Shown here: positions 11,872 to 23,705 of the stretch, piece by piece
Layout: every line of letters begins with the position of its first letter
Position numbering within the stretch: the stretch's first letter is position 1
From: Lama guanicoe
Taxonomy: Eukaryota
Length of the DNA: 29,529 nt
Assembly (NCBI GenBank): GCA_013239625.1
Contig: MU054212.1
Span: 7,786,270-7,815,798, forward strand
Direction of reading: 5' to 3'
The notes under the pieces: generated by a model
What the model saw: the letters and a program-made list of their open reading frames with translations, nothing else
Databases searched by the model: none
What the model was told of the DNA's origin: nothing
Position numbers and translations under genes: made by a program

Positions 11872-12707
11872 TTAATGGATAATTGAAATGTCCAAGCATG
11901 GGTCTAAGAACAGTCCATCCTTTAACTGGACTGAAATGCCACTGCTTTCTCTGAACTAAGTACCTACATGTGTATGGATTTCCTCTTGAGTTGTTTTCCA
12001 TTCCATGAATGTATGTGTGTATTTTTAAACCACTACTGCACTATCTTAATCATCATGTCTTTATAGTACATCAGTATTGATATCTGCTGGGGCAGTTACC
12101 CTTGGTAAATGGGAAGTGCTTTTTCAAAATAACTGAGGTCATTCCACGCCATTTGATCCTTCAGATAATCTAGAGAATTACCTTCTCAAATTCCATGATG
12201 AAGTTTTAATTTGTACCGTATCAAATTCACAAATAAATGTGGATGTCCTGGTATCTTTCCAATATGGTATCTGCAAAAATTATATGTCCATTTCCATGCA
12301 CTATTCTGGTCTTATATTTCTGTCAAATGACTTTGAGGGTCTTCTTCATACAAGTTCTTAACATTTCATGTTTGATTTGTTTGTAAGTATTTTATAAATG
12401 TCTTGCACTACTGAAGGGATTTACTTTACTTTTACATTTTTGAGTGGCTATTTCTGGTGTAAAGCTATTGGTTTTTAAAATTTTTATCATACTTTCTCAT
12501 TAGTTCTAATTGATTTATACTAGATTATCTTGGATTTTTTGTCAACCATATTATCTATAAATAAGCATATTTTAAAATGTTTCTTTAACTTTTCTAATTG
12601 TCTTGGACAGAATTTCTACTTTCATGTTGAACAGTGCTGATGCTAATGGGCGTCTCTGGCATTTCCTTGATTACCTTGGAATGTTTCTAACGTTTCATCA
12701 GTAAATA
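11872..12707 (-). mobile_element. Old L1 (L1M/L1ME-like), segment 2, degraded ORF2 region
   Basis: atggataattgaaatgtccaagca...tgtatggatttcctcttgag...tagattatcttggattttt...atgttgaacagtg continue antisense L1 from segment 1. Confidence 0.75.
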
Positions 12708-13469
12708 TATTACCAAACCAAACTTGGGCTCACTTGCCCAAGTGCAGTAAAGCCAAATTTATTGACACTGGGTTGTGGTGAAGGGAAGTGCAGTGTTTAT
12801 TGGTGGTGCCAAGCAAGGAGTCTGGGTGGCTGATTCTCAAAAGACTCTGTGATGGCTTTCAGGGAAATGTTTTAGAGACAGGGTGAGAGAGAGGGTTGCA
12901 GGGTATAGGATCAGCTCATGAATATTCTTCTGATTGGTTGGTGGTGAGGTAATCAAGTGTCAACATCATCACCTTCTGGTTCCAACCAGCGTAGGGTCTG
13001 CATGCTTGTGAGCAGCATGTAGTTCACTGCCTCTGCCTGGTAGGGGTTTTAGTATCTGCAAAACAGCTCAAAGGATATGGCTCAGAATATCATCTGTATT
13101 CCTTGAGGAGGAACTAAAGGGCAGTGACTTTGTTTAATGGCTAAACTTATTATTTTGTCTTGTTAGACTGTTTTCTTTGTTTCTGCATTTTTTCATTTCT
13201 CTGATTAAATTTATTCTTTGGAACTCGGGGAAGACCTAGGAGGCTACAGTTACTCTACAAACAAGAGAAGTGGGTGGAGGAAATGGGGGGGGTTCTGTCC
13301 CCCAGGAAGGCCCCATAGAGTCCTGCTTAGTTACAACTTCCCCCTTTTCTCTGTTACTCCTCAGTCCCGAGGGAGAACAGGTGAGGAACAGGAAAGAGAA
13401 TGCAGTTTTGGGTAGAGAGGTTAATCATAAACTCTGCAGAGGAACTCAGTCTTGTGGGACTCGGTTCCT
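12708..13469 (-). mobile_element. ERV1-class solo LTR (MER21/LTR39-like), composite, with 4-bp TSD AATA
   Basis: Left end tattaccaaacc. Minus-strand AATAAA at ~12758 and ~12796 and CCAATCAG at ~12930. Internal LTR-like start ...cctgcttagttaca (13335) sits next to a PPT. AATA at 12704-12707 and 13470-13473, and the L1 resumes collinearly. Confidence 0.75.
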
Positions 13470-14140
13470 AATACAGTGTTTACTATTGATTTCTCATAGA
13501 CAGACCTTTTCATGAGAAATGCCTTCTATCCATAGGTTACAGAAAGTTTGTATCAAGAATTGGTGCTCTTTATTTATTAAATAGTTTCTCAACAGCTGAA
13601 AAATAATTACCATTATCACCACGGAGAGGTTTCTTCTTTTAATTTATTAATGCTATTTCAATCTACTAGTGTATTTACTGTTGTTAACTATACTATTTTG
13701 ATATTCATGGAAAAAAGCTTGCTTCACCAGTATGTTTGCTCTCCTGATAACTTAACTGAACTTCATACACCCTAAGATTCTTCCAGTTAAGTGCATAATT
13801 TATATTATGCTGCTGTTTTCTTCACCTGTGCTCGAAACAACTGTCATGCTAGCAGACTTTTTCAGTAATTTGGAATACTTTATTTTATGTAGGGAATATC
13901 TGTTCCTCTATGAAATATGTTACTGTAATTCATATAGGGAGCTATTTCATTTGGGTGTATTTGTTCTTATATGAACCTCACCTTGAAAACTATTATAAAT
14001 TGCTAGGTGTAGACTTTTGTCTGGTTTTCAACATCATCACTGAAGTTCTTCCCCTTGAATACTTCTTTAATTATACTCCATAAGTTTGAATGTGTACTGT
14101 TCCTACCATGATTGATCTGAACAGCAAAAATATTTATATT
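13470..14140 (-). mobile_element. Old L1, segment 3
   Basis: gatttctcatagacagacc...ccttctatcccatagg...tatcaagaattggtg picks up where segment 2 stopped. Confidence 0.65.
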
Positions 14141-14141
14141 T

Positions 14142-14510
14142 TTTCAACTGAGCAGCTTTGGGTACCAGACTCTTAACATAGAGCAGGAAGCAAAGCCATC
14201 CAGGTCTCCGCTCTGCTGGTGCTTGCATTCTAGTGGGAGGAGGTGAGGCTGAAGAAGTGAACACCCAAGTAGGATGATATCAGATGATGACAAGTGCCAT
14301 GAAGGAAATGTGACAGGGAGATGTGATGGGGGACAAGTAATGGCAGTGGCCACTTTAGATCAGTGCTTTGAGGAAGGACTAATGAAGCTATGAACTGAAT
14401 GAGGAAAAGGAGCCTGACAAACAAGGATCTATGAGAAAAGGGAAAGAGACCGAAGGCACAACATGGTGGTCGTTGATGGTGACATAATCAAGGAAGAGAG
14501 AGAGGATGAT
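14142..14510 (-). mobile_element. L2 3' end
   Basis: actgagcagctttgggtaccagac...gcttgcattctagtggg...tcagatgatgacaagtgccatgaaggaaa...cactttagat. Confidence 0.8.
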
Positions 14511-14559
14511 AGGAATAAGACTATTAATCATATTACTAAAGTCTGCTCTATCCTTAATT

Positions 14560-14681
14560 AATAATAATTTATGTCCAATTTGGAACACATGTGAGGAGGA
14601 AAGGGGATGCTATTAATAATTACTTAGGAAGAATAGCCGTAAACTGGGACCATCAGACAAACTGGGACATATGGACACCCT
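14560..14681 (-). mobile_element. MER94 (hAT-Blackjack) MITE
   Basis: gaaaggggatgctattaataattac...gtaaactgggac...caaactgggacatatggacaccct matches MER94. cttaatt on both sides is a possible TSD. Confidence 0.8.
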
Positions 14682-17018
14682 CTTAATTCTTTTTCTCTCT
14701 ACTTGATCTGTCAGTTGATGAAAAAAGAATATTGTATTGTGATCAACCAGCCCATTTACGGTTACCCCATTTCTCCTTGCTTTTCAATGAAACAAAATTA
14801 GAGGGAAAGAACATTTTTCTACACTAAACCTTTCCCTTTAATTTTATTTGATTTTATATTTAGATCACCAAACCTGTTTACTTTTAGTTAGCACTCACTT
14901 GTTTAACCTTTGACTGTCCCTTTGTTTTCAACTTTTACTTGCTATTTTGCTGAGCAAAGCTCTCGCGGGCAACATGGAGGTACTTACCCAGATGGAGAAG
15001 TTCAGGTAATTTCTCCCGTTTTTCACACTTACTGTGATGGTTAACAATTTGGATACATTCCTGCATTTATTTTTTTGTATTTATCATACTTTCTTATTGC
15101 TTCTTTTTGCCTCTTTCCTACTGTAAAAAAAATTGAAAAATTTATTCATATTTTTCCTTTTAATGATTCTGAAGCTATGTATCCTGTTTATAATTCTCTA
15201 ATAATTACTCAGAAATTCACAACATCCTTTTTAAAGTTTATCATCTTTCATCAAAGTCTAGAGTTAACCTACCTTCCTCTCCCCTTCTGCGTAAAAACCT
15301 TAGCACACCTTTTCTTCATTTTCCAATGCCAGCCTCTTTACTGGATCCCAGTGATGTGCTGAAGTCACCTAGAATTATAGTTCCAGGTTATTATTAATTT
15401 TACTGCAGACCTTTCTTCTATGTGTTGTACTCTTGCCATTTTTACACATCAATCACATGTAAAGTGCCTGAAATTTCAGAATGTAAATGCATTGAGGTAT
15501 GTTCCGAGACTTATAACTTGCTTTGTAAGGGGTATGACGCTGTAAATGTACTTCTCAGTTTCCTTCCACATGACATCTTACATTTTCAATAAGCACCATG
15601 TTCCAATATATTTATATAATAAATTTTCCTTAGATTTCTTCTTTTTCTTAAACATGATTTTGAGTGGTTTTATGTAATATTCACAAATACTCTCTTTTCT
15701 TGTGATATTCACATTTTTATTTTCAGCATTACAAGTTTTATCTCCGTAGACTGTCATGCTTGCTATGTGCTATGTTAGCAAGAGAAAGGTAGTTAATAGA
15801 GAAATTACAAATAGAGATCGTTACCTTAAGAATGCATCAGGTATCCACATTTTTAGTTAACAGTAATCTTAGTAGGATGTGTGAATTTGCCTAAGCCCCT
15901 TACCAGAAGGAGTGTAAAAACCAGCACTGCAAAAATTTAAAAGGAACTGGTTTTGTCGTAACAGTCATGTGGATTTCGGCATGGGTAGCTGGTAATTAGG
16001 AAGTCGTTCTGATAGTTCATAGGACAGAGTTTAACTTCAAGGGAGCAAAGGAGAGAATATCTTTCTTTGATTGTCCCTGCATTTTTTTTCATTTATTCAT
16101 GTCCCTTTGCTCTTACAAAAGCAGCTGGCTGATTTACATTATCTTTGTAACTGAAATTCAGCAAAGGTACCTACAGCCTCTTTCTTCTTTCCCCTCCCAT
16201 GTCATTTGCTGTATGACAAAAGAGAACACCTTAGCTCTCATATATTTGAACTCTTTTATACAAACATTAGGAATACTTGTTGTAGCACAAGGAAAAGTAT
16301 CAATTGGCACGTGGGGTTTTATTTATTTAGTTTAGTAAATGGGTAGTGCGCATTTCTCATATGCAGTGGGAAAAGAAACCCAAATTAGGTAATAGCGACC
16401 CTTCAGTATGGTAGAAAATTGAATTGTTTCCTAGACATAAGCTCAGAATACATACAGAGGATGTGTCTATAGTAGAGACTCGGATTTGAGAGAAATTTGA
16501 TGGTTTTCACATGAGGAGTCAAAAGTAAATTTGAAGAAAACTCGTACATAGAACTCCTGGACGTGGAAAGTATGGACAGAAGAGGGTAATGGAGTATCTC
16601 ACAAAACGAGAACGTCGAACAAATACTGTGCACCCACACGAGTCTACACACAGAGAAGCACTTGGGAAGTAATGCTTGATTCACTAAAAGGATTCTTCAA
16701 CCTTGTGTCAGAGCCAGCAGACATATGGGAAGCCAGAAAGATGAGAAAAACTAGCCTGAGCTACAGCAATCACGATGGAAGGATGTGAAGGAAGGGTTTA
16801 TTTATTTATTTATTTTTTGGTACAAAGTTTTCGGGCCAGCTGTTAATTTCAAGAGGCAGTGGCAAAGAATGACAAGTGTGGACGTGATGGATTCTTTCAC
16901 ATAAAAAGCCAGTGAGTTTGGGGAGGACAGGAAAACGTTAACTGCGCAAAGTGGAAATGAGAGTGCTTCCTTAGAGGGGGTGTATGGATATTTTGTAGCC
17001 ACTGACCACTTAGCTGTA

Positions 17019-17092
17019 GGTCCTACTGTGTAACACAGGGGACTATACTCAGTAGCTTGTAATAACCTACAATGACAAAGAATATGAAAATA
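17019..17092 (+). mobile_element. Cetartiodactyl-type L1 3'UTR fragment
   Basis: ggtcctactgtgtaacacaggggactatactcagtagcttgtaataacctacaatgacaaagaatatgaaaa is the typical artiodactyl L1 3'UTR motif. Confidence 0.75.
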
Positions 17093-19378
17093 TTTTATTG
17101 TAAATGATACTAGGTAGAGTTTGGTGCAGTTTGTTCAATTCCGTTTCTGTTTCTCTTTTTGTACAGTAAGAACGAGAAAATACTTTTACTGGGTTCTCAT
17201 GGCAGGTTGTGGAGTAAGGTTAAGTTAAGTTCACGGGGTCAGTTTCTTCTGTGTCAACACTTTCTTAGCCAGACACTGGGTCCCAAGTGTGCACAGCTTT
17301 CTCAGAGCAGCGTGCCAAGCAGTCATCCAGAGATCATTAATTAAGAATCTACTCAGCACTGAAATTGTGACTTTGAGACATTAAAGTGTTTCTTTAAAAA
17401 AAAAGGGGGGGGGGGAATCTGCAGGTGCTCAGCTCTGTACTAATACTGCAGGAAGAGTGTTTAAAATATAGCTTTCCTATAAATTGGTCACAAAAGCATA
17501 AGAAATGTCCAGATGCTTTCAAAAATGATTTTACTGACCCACAAGAAGGAAAGCACAGGTCTCCCTTGCCTTCCAGCAATGGGAATATATTTCTTCTCGT
17601 GTTCTCCCGCTCCCTCCTTTTCACCTCTGTCTAACCAAAGGCATGACTTTCAGCTCATCCTAAGTGAAGACCTGGATCGGTGCAACTAACTAATTTACAT
17701 GGAGACTTGCCTTACATTTAGTTCACATGGAGATTTGTCCTATAGACTGAACCCAGTTAGTCCAGTGCTCTAACTAGACACACTCAAAACCACTCCTGGC
17801 TCATTCCAGCCAGCATTCTGTTTTAGTCGGTCATACCCCAAACAGTGCCCTAAAACACCCTGTTTGAGTGAATCAGGGAATATCTACCATTTTTCACATT
17901 CACAGATATTGTAAACAAGCTCTCATTAACCCAGCCCACATCCTAGCAGACAAGGCTCACTCCTACCCAGTTTAAGATTTCAGTAAACATTACCAGTTAG
18001 CTTGGATTGTTTTGTAACTCTGAATTAATCATACTTCCTTAATAGGTGAAGGGAAGTGTCTCAAAGATTAATTTGGATTACCAGAAGGATCTGGGACCAT
18101 GCATGGCTTCCTGCTGGACTAACTCTGTGCTAATAAATATGTCAGCAACAAACTCATCACATAAGTCCCATTCTCCAAAAAACTCAAAAACCAAGGCACA
18201 AGCGAGGCCTCCAACATTGTCTCATATGCATCAGATCAACACTAAACCTCTAAAAAAAGTTTAAGTGACTCTTTTGTAGGTAAAATGCATGTCATTTAGG
18301 GAAGGACCTTGCAGGAGGGAAGTTGCCCGGTAATTACTTGCCCTTATTTCATTGTAACTTTCATATGATTATAAATTGGTTATTATGGTATTGTCTGAAA
18401 TGATATATTGGGAATAATCATAACAAATTATGATATGAAGATGATTTGTTACAAATATGGACAATTTTCATAAAGATTGGAGATGTGTATAATAATATTT
18501 TGAAAGACACTGTTTTCTGCCTTTGGTGAATTTGATCATCAGGCCCTGTCAATCACCAGCAAAATTAAAAATATATACATTCAAAAGCAGAGAGGACCTA
18601 TTTTTCTTATCATGACAATTTTCAAATTATTAAATTTCTAATTCTTTATGCCAGGGAGCCTCAGTCAACCTGTCATCTTCTTGCCTTTACTTTCCCTCTG
18701 CCTCCATCAAAAAAAAAAAAAAAAGAATTGTAAGCAGCAAAACTTGATCTTGCTATGGATTTTGCTCTGAGCTGCAACCAGCCAAGGAATTACTCTATTG
18801 TACGTGTCACTGCAAGACGTCCTGGGAGAACTCCTACAAGACAAGAATTACTCTGTGCAATGACCTGGATGCATAAGGCCTGACTCAATGAAAATTACAG
18901 GCTGCTTTGATGTGGACGAGTGTATGAAAGACATCGTTATTATTTTTCAAACAACATTGTGTTCTCAGAAATGTCCCTTACCATTTCCCTTGAATAAGTC
19001 GTTTTCACTTTTTCTTCCTTGGAAAACAAAACATTCCGACTTACGTAATTTATCTGCTTTATTCATAGGAGGACAAAGTCAATATTTGAAAATCACTTCG
19101 AAAAAGACAGAGGACTGAGCTCAGATGACAAAAGTTGGAATAGATTGTTTAGAAGAAGACTATTGGCTATTCTGCCTTGGCTTTAAAAATATGAATTTTA
19201 ATGTGCCCCAGGTACAATATGGGTCTCCATACATCAGCCAATTGTCATCACAGCAACCAAACTAAATGTGAACCCAGCCGGAAACTTTCTCGGATGGTTT
19301 TCACGTAAATCTGAAAGCAATGAAATGAAACAAGATTTAATGAAAAATTAAAAGAGCATTGTATCAATATAGCTAACT

Positions 19379-20025
19379 CTTTTTTATTGAAGTATAATCA
19401 GTTACAATGGGTCAATATCTGGTGTACAGCATAATGTCCCTGTTTCATATTCTTTTTAATTAAAGGTTATTACAAGATATTGAATATGGTTCATGCTGTA
19501 CAGAAGAAAATTTTTATCTATTGTTATATGTAGTGGTTAACATTTGCAAATCTCAAACTCCCAAATTTATCTCTTCCCTCCTCCTATTCCCCAGGAACTG
19601 TAAGATTGTTTACTATGTCTGTGAGTCTGTTTCTTTTGTAGATGAACTCATTAGTGTCCTCTTTTTTTTTTTTCTTTTTCTGGTTTTTTAGATTTCACAT
19701 AAGAGTGATATCATATGGCATTTTTCTTTCTCTTTCTGGCTTACTTCACTTAGAATGACATTCTCTAGGTCCATCCATGTTGCTGTAATTATTTTATTAT
19801 TTTTATTGCTGAGTAGTATTCCATTTTATTAAATACCACCACCTCTTTATCCAGTCATCTGTCGATGGACATTTAGGCTGTTTGCATGTCTTGGCTATTG
19901 TAAATAGTGCTGCTGTGAACATTGGGGTGCATGTATCTTTTCAAATTAGAGTTCCCTCTGGATATATGCCCAGGAGTGCAATTGCTGGATCATATGGTAA
20001 CTCTATTTTTAGTTTTTTGAGCAAC
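19379..20025 (-). mobile_element. 5'-truncated, relatively young L1 (end of ORF2 plus 3'UTR) with TSD
   Basis: tttttattgaagtataatcagttacaatg is the 3' end. Canonical ggcttacttcacttagaatgac, ttggctattgtaaatagtgctgc, attgctggatcatatggtaa. TSD caatatagctaact (19365-19378) / caaaatagctaact (20026-20039). Confidence 0.92.
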
Positions 20026-21174
20026 CAAAATAGCTAACTTAATGATTGAAGAGTGAATATCTGAGGAAGCTGCCACAGTCTTTTGCCTTCTATTTTCTTG
20101 AGGCCTGAGGAATTTATCTTTGGGTTACAATGCGGTGAAGACTAACTTTCCTCTTTTAAAGAATGACCTCCTCCTCTTCTGTGCTGCCTTAGATAAGTAT
20201 TTGTGATGCATCTGGTGACTGGATGTGCAGTTGAGAACTGTGTGGCTCACCGTCATCTGGGTTCATGGGCCTGGGTTCATGCACTGTTGCTCACGTGGGT
20301 TAGAGGGGTTCCCCGGACAGGGAACCAGAGCCCTGAGGGGAAGGGGTCACCAGGCACTCCAAAGAGGGAGGCTCTGTCTCTCTTAGGCTGAATTCTTTTT
20401 CTTTTTCTTTATCAGTAGAAGTAATCTAAGGTGAAGAAGACGATGATAATTAACATCATGGAGAGCATTTTATAATTGAAGCATTTCTTTCAGTGCTTAT
20501 AAAGTATTAAAAAGAAAGTACCAAGTCATTAAAAAAAAAGAAGTCAAACTATGTGCTTTGCTTTCAAGGATATTAAAGAAATATTCGTCATTTTATCATA
20601 TCTGTGCACACATCTTTCTGACACCAAGAAACCAGTTCAGCCTGGGTCAGTCTTCTAAGTGTCCCAGGTCAGGAGTCAGAACTTCCAATATCTGGCTCTA
20701 CTTCCTATTTCTTCGAGAGCTTAAGCTGACCCCTGAGCAAAAACACCTTCAGACCTGAATGTCGCATTTTAACATCCTTAATAGGGGGGACTGCACAAAG
20801 GTACTGTAATTGTCCCTTTGTTCTTTCCAATGCCTGGCCAGTCAAAACCGTTTTGCCTTGGAAGAGAAACAGAAAGCAAGTTTGGAAAGTGTTCTGGCCC
20901 ATTTCGATTTTTATATTTGAGCTCATGATTCCAATCCCATCTCCAGAATGATTGTGCCCCCTTAGTTGCTTTAGGCTAATTGTCTAAAATTCCTCCCCGC
21001 CAAAAACATGAATTTGCTGTCTCCATTGTTACCATAAACTAGAAAGTTGTATGCATTGGTAGGGTGAGGGTGGTGTTTTCTCAGAAATTCTGCAGTCAAC
21101 ATTTCCTATACACTATTTTCCAAAAGATTAATAAGCAAAAAATATTGCTGTGGCCATTGAAAAGTATATGGGGG

Positions 21175-21245
21175 CTGACGCAACATTGTAAACTGATTAT
21201 ACTTCAATAAAAATGTATCTTTTACAAAGTCAGATTTTTTTTTTT
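21175..21245 (+). mobile_element. Extremely 5'-truncated L1 insertion with perfect TSD
   Basis: ctgacgcaacattgtaaactgattatacttcaataaaaa matches the reverse complement of the 19379 L1 terminus. Flanked by ttgaaaagtatatggggg at 21157-21174 and 21244-21261. Confidence 0.85.
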
Positions 21246-22059
21246 GAAAAGTATATGGGGGTTGATTGGTTGCTTTATGGTTTTCGGGCTTGAAGGTCTA
21301 AACATGATGCTAGACTGGATCTTTCCCGCCCACCTGAAGAGAGATGCTGGATTAGAAGGAAAGAGTCCAGATACCATGTTAGTGTTTATGTCACATCAGG
21401 GTGCAGAGCAGGTGGACAAACACAGTTTTAAATAGATTTCCCAATATTTTCTAGTTAAATTCTTAGGTATCCTTTAACATATAACCCAAATTAATCACAT
21501 CGTTAAAAGAATAAGAAAATCTGCTAATTTTGTTCTAGTTGCATTTATCTAAAATTCAGTAAGATATCAAATGATTTCAGTTTTAGGACAATTGCATGGT
21601 CCATTCGGGGAGTGTTAGCTTTCTGCCATCACTTTCAAGATACACTGAAATCCAATATCATGTATTGTTCCCAGTCAAAATTAAATGCAGTCCTTTGAAA
21701 GAAAACATTTCCATTTTCCTACTACATTGTGTTTTATCTTAATTTCTCCTGGTAACTGTATTTATTTTTATGACTCTAGAGTTAATTGCACAGCTTTCTT
21801 TGCTGACTTTGCTTGTGTTTTGTGATGTTCAGTAGAGGCTGTCCTTGGGCGCTGCTTTGAGCTCCATAGTAACTCAGATTTCTTTTAATCCGCACTGCAA
21901 TGGAGCTCTTATTTCCTCTGCTGTAAAATATAAGACCATCTGTTGAGTCTGGGCTGTTATTATTTTTATCATCACTGGGACTAGACTGGACCCCATTCAT
22001 GCTCTGTTGATAAATCTAGCCTGTCAGCCCTCAGAACAAAGGAGTTTTGTTTTAGCTCT

Positions 22060-22348
22060 CCTATCTTATGTCACAGCAGTTGATCATTTCTCACTCAAAT
22101 TCTTACAGTTCATGAGTTACTTGTATGAAGGCTCTCCCTGGCCTGCCCTCCACCCTGCCCATCCGTGGGCCAAAAGCAAGTCGAGGGGTTCTTCTGCCTC
22201 CAGACTGCATTCCACAGGTGTTCACCTCGGCACAGCCGTATCCACAGCCATCACTCAAGTCCACGTCACAGACATCTCATCCCTGAGCCGCTGTAGTGTC
22301 TTCTGCATTACTCTTACCACTCTCCTAACACACTCTTCATGCAGCGGC
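22060..22348 (+). mobile_element. L2 fragment, left of the L1 5'-end insertion
   Basis: cagttgatcatttctc, ctccagactgcattcca...actcaagtccacgtcacagac resemble L2 ORF2. Confidence 0.45.
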
Positions 22349-22356
22349 CAGAATAT

Positions 22357-22676
22357 CTTCTTGTTTTACTTTTCAATGAAGACTTTTTTTTTTCTGTCTG
22401 TGCTTGTTGGCATTCCCAGGTTAGCTTCCCCAGTACACAGTCTGGCATGTTTGAGGCAAAAAAAAAAAAACAAACCAAAAACCAAAAAACAAAAACCTGG
22501 AAACTCCCTGCTGGGTCTTTCCTTAGACCCCAAGGGCCCTAACCTGTCTGTCTTCTCTCCAGCATTCAGAGTCTTCTCCTGTTTGCTTTATATGTAATGT
22601 CTAGGGTTTTAAGCTGTACTGAGCAAGAGGAATAGGGAAAACTGCATCTTCTCCACCTGATCTGGACCTGAAAGTC
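22357..22676 (-). mobile_element. Old L1 (L1M4/L1MC-like) 5' end only, with A-rich tail and short TSD
   Basis: Minus strand begins GACTTTCAGGTCCAGATCAGGTGGAGAAGATGCAGTTTTCCCTATTCCTCTTGCTCAGTACAGCTTAAAACCCTAGACATTA, like the L1M 5'-end consensus as recalled. It ends ...CACAGACAG + A10. cagaatat at 22349-22356 and 22677-22684. Confidence 0.65.
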
Positions 22677-22689
22677 CAGAATATTATTT

Positions 22690-23090
22690 AAAAACATAAA
22701 TCACCTTGTATGACTGTCCCCAGTTTAAGCCATACAGTGGCTCCCTGTTGATCTTGGTAGGCAGTGCAAACAGATGTTAGTCACCTACAAGACCCAAGAT
22801 GATGGAATCTGGTCCCATCCCTTCAACTGTTACCTTGTAGCAGTTGGTTGTTGTTGTATTCAGTTGGCCTCTTATTTCCCTGCAAAGACTCCTTTCTCTC
22901 TCACCACCTTACAACCTGTTCGTTGTCTCCACCATTTGTACTTCTCTGCTTGGCTCCATCTCAGCCTTCATTTTAAATGCCCCTACCTAATACTATTCCT
23001 TTACTTTCCTTACGTTTGGATTTTCTTCACAATTGATATAAATCTGATTTTTCAGTCATTACTTTTTCTAGTTAGTCTGTGTGAATAGGA
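22690..23090 (+). mobile_element. L2 fragment, continuation
   Basis: aaaacataaatcacc...tttaagccatacagtggctccc...cctacaagaccc are sense L2 motifs. Confidence 0.6.
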
Positions 23091-23249
23091 TTACAACACA
23101 GCCATTGATCTTTGCAAGATGCGTTTAACCAATACCTCATGTGAAGGACGCCAGTGTATGCAAATCAACTGACACCCAAAAAGTCCCTAAATGATAGAAC
23201 ACTGTGTCATCACAGGCACAGCTGCTGGTCTTCACTTGCTTATGTTTGA

Positions 23250-23705
23250 TTCACTGATTGATGTAACTCGTATTTACCAAGTACCCTTTAGGCATCAGTC
23301 ACTAGGTGTTGGGGAGACAGCTATGAACAAAATAGAAGTCCCAGCTCTGGTGGAGCGTACATTCTGATGAAGGAAGAAAACCTATAAATAAATATGAAAG
23401 AAATGTGCAGCATGCCATGTGATGAGTATAAAAAGGAAAACAGGGTAAGGGAAGAGGAAGAGGTTGGAGCATGCAGATGTAACAAGGTGACATTTGAACG
23501 GGGACCTAAATGAAATCAGGGTCAAGCTATGTATATACCTAGGAGAAACAGAGGGAATAGTATGGACAAATGTTCTGAAACTGAAGTGTATGTGTGATTT
23601 CTGAGGGACAACAGGATACTAGTGTGGCTGGAGCTTAGGTAGGGAGGAGCAGGGCTAGGAGATGACATCGGAGGAGAAGCCCACATAATAAGACCATTGA
23701 TGGAG
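23250..23705 (-). mobile_element. L2 (L2a-like) 3' end
   Basis: ctaggtgttggggagacagctatgaacaaaatagaagtcccagctctggtggagcgtacattct...aaggtgacatttgaac...agtgtggctggagc. Confidence 0.88.

Noticed and set aside
18861..18950. ORF containing CFDVDEC, like a calcium-binding EGF motif
   Set aside because: In-frame stop at 18861, no AG acceptor before the Asp codon and no EGF cysteine pattern downstream; chance match.
22007..22597. Longest ORF (196 aa)
   Set aside because: Non-ATG start; spans L2, antisense L1 5' end and homopolymer runs; no recognisable domain.
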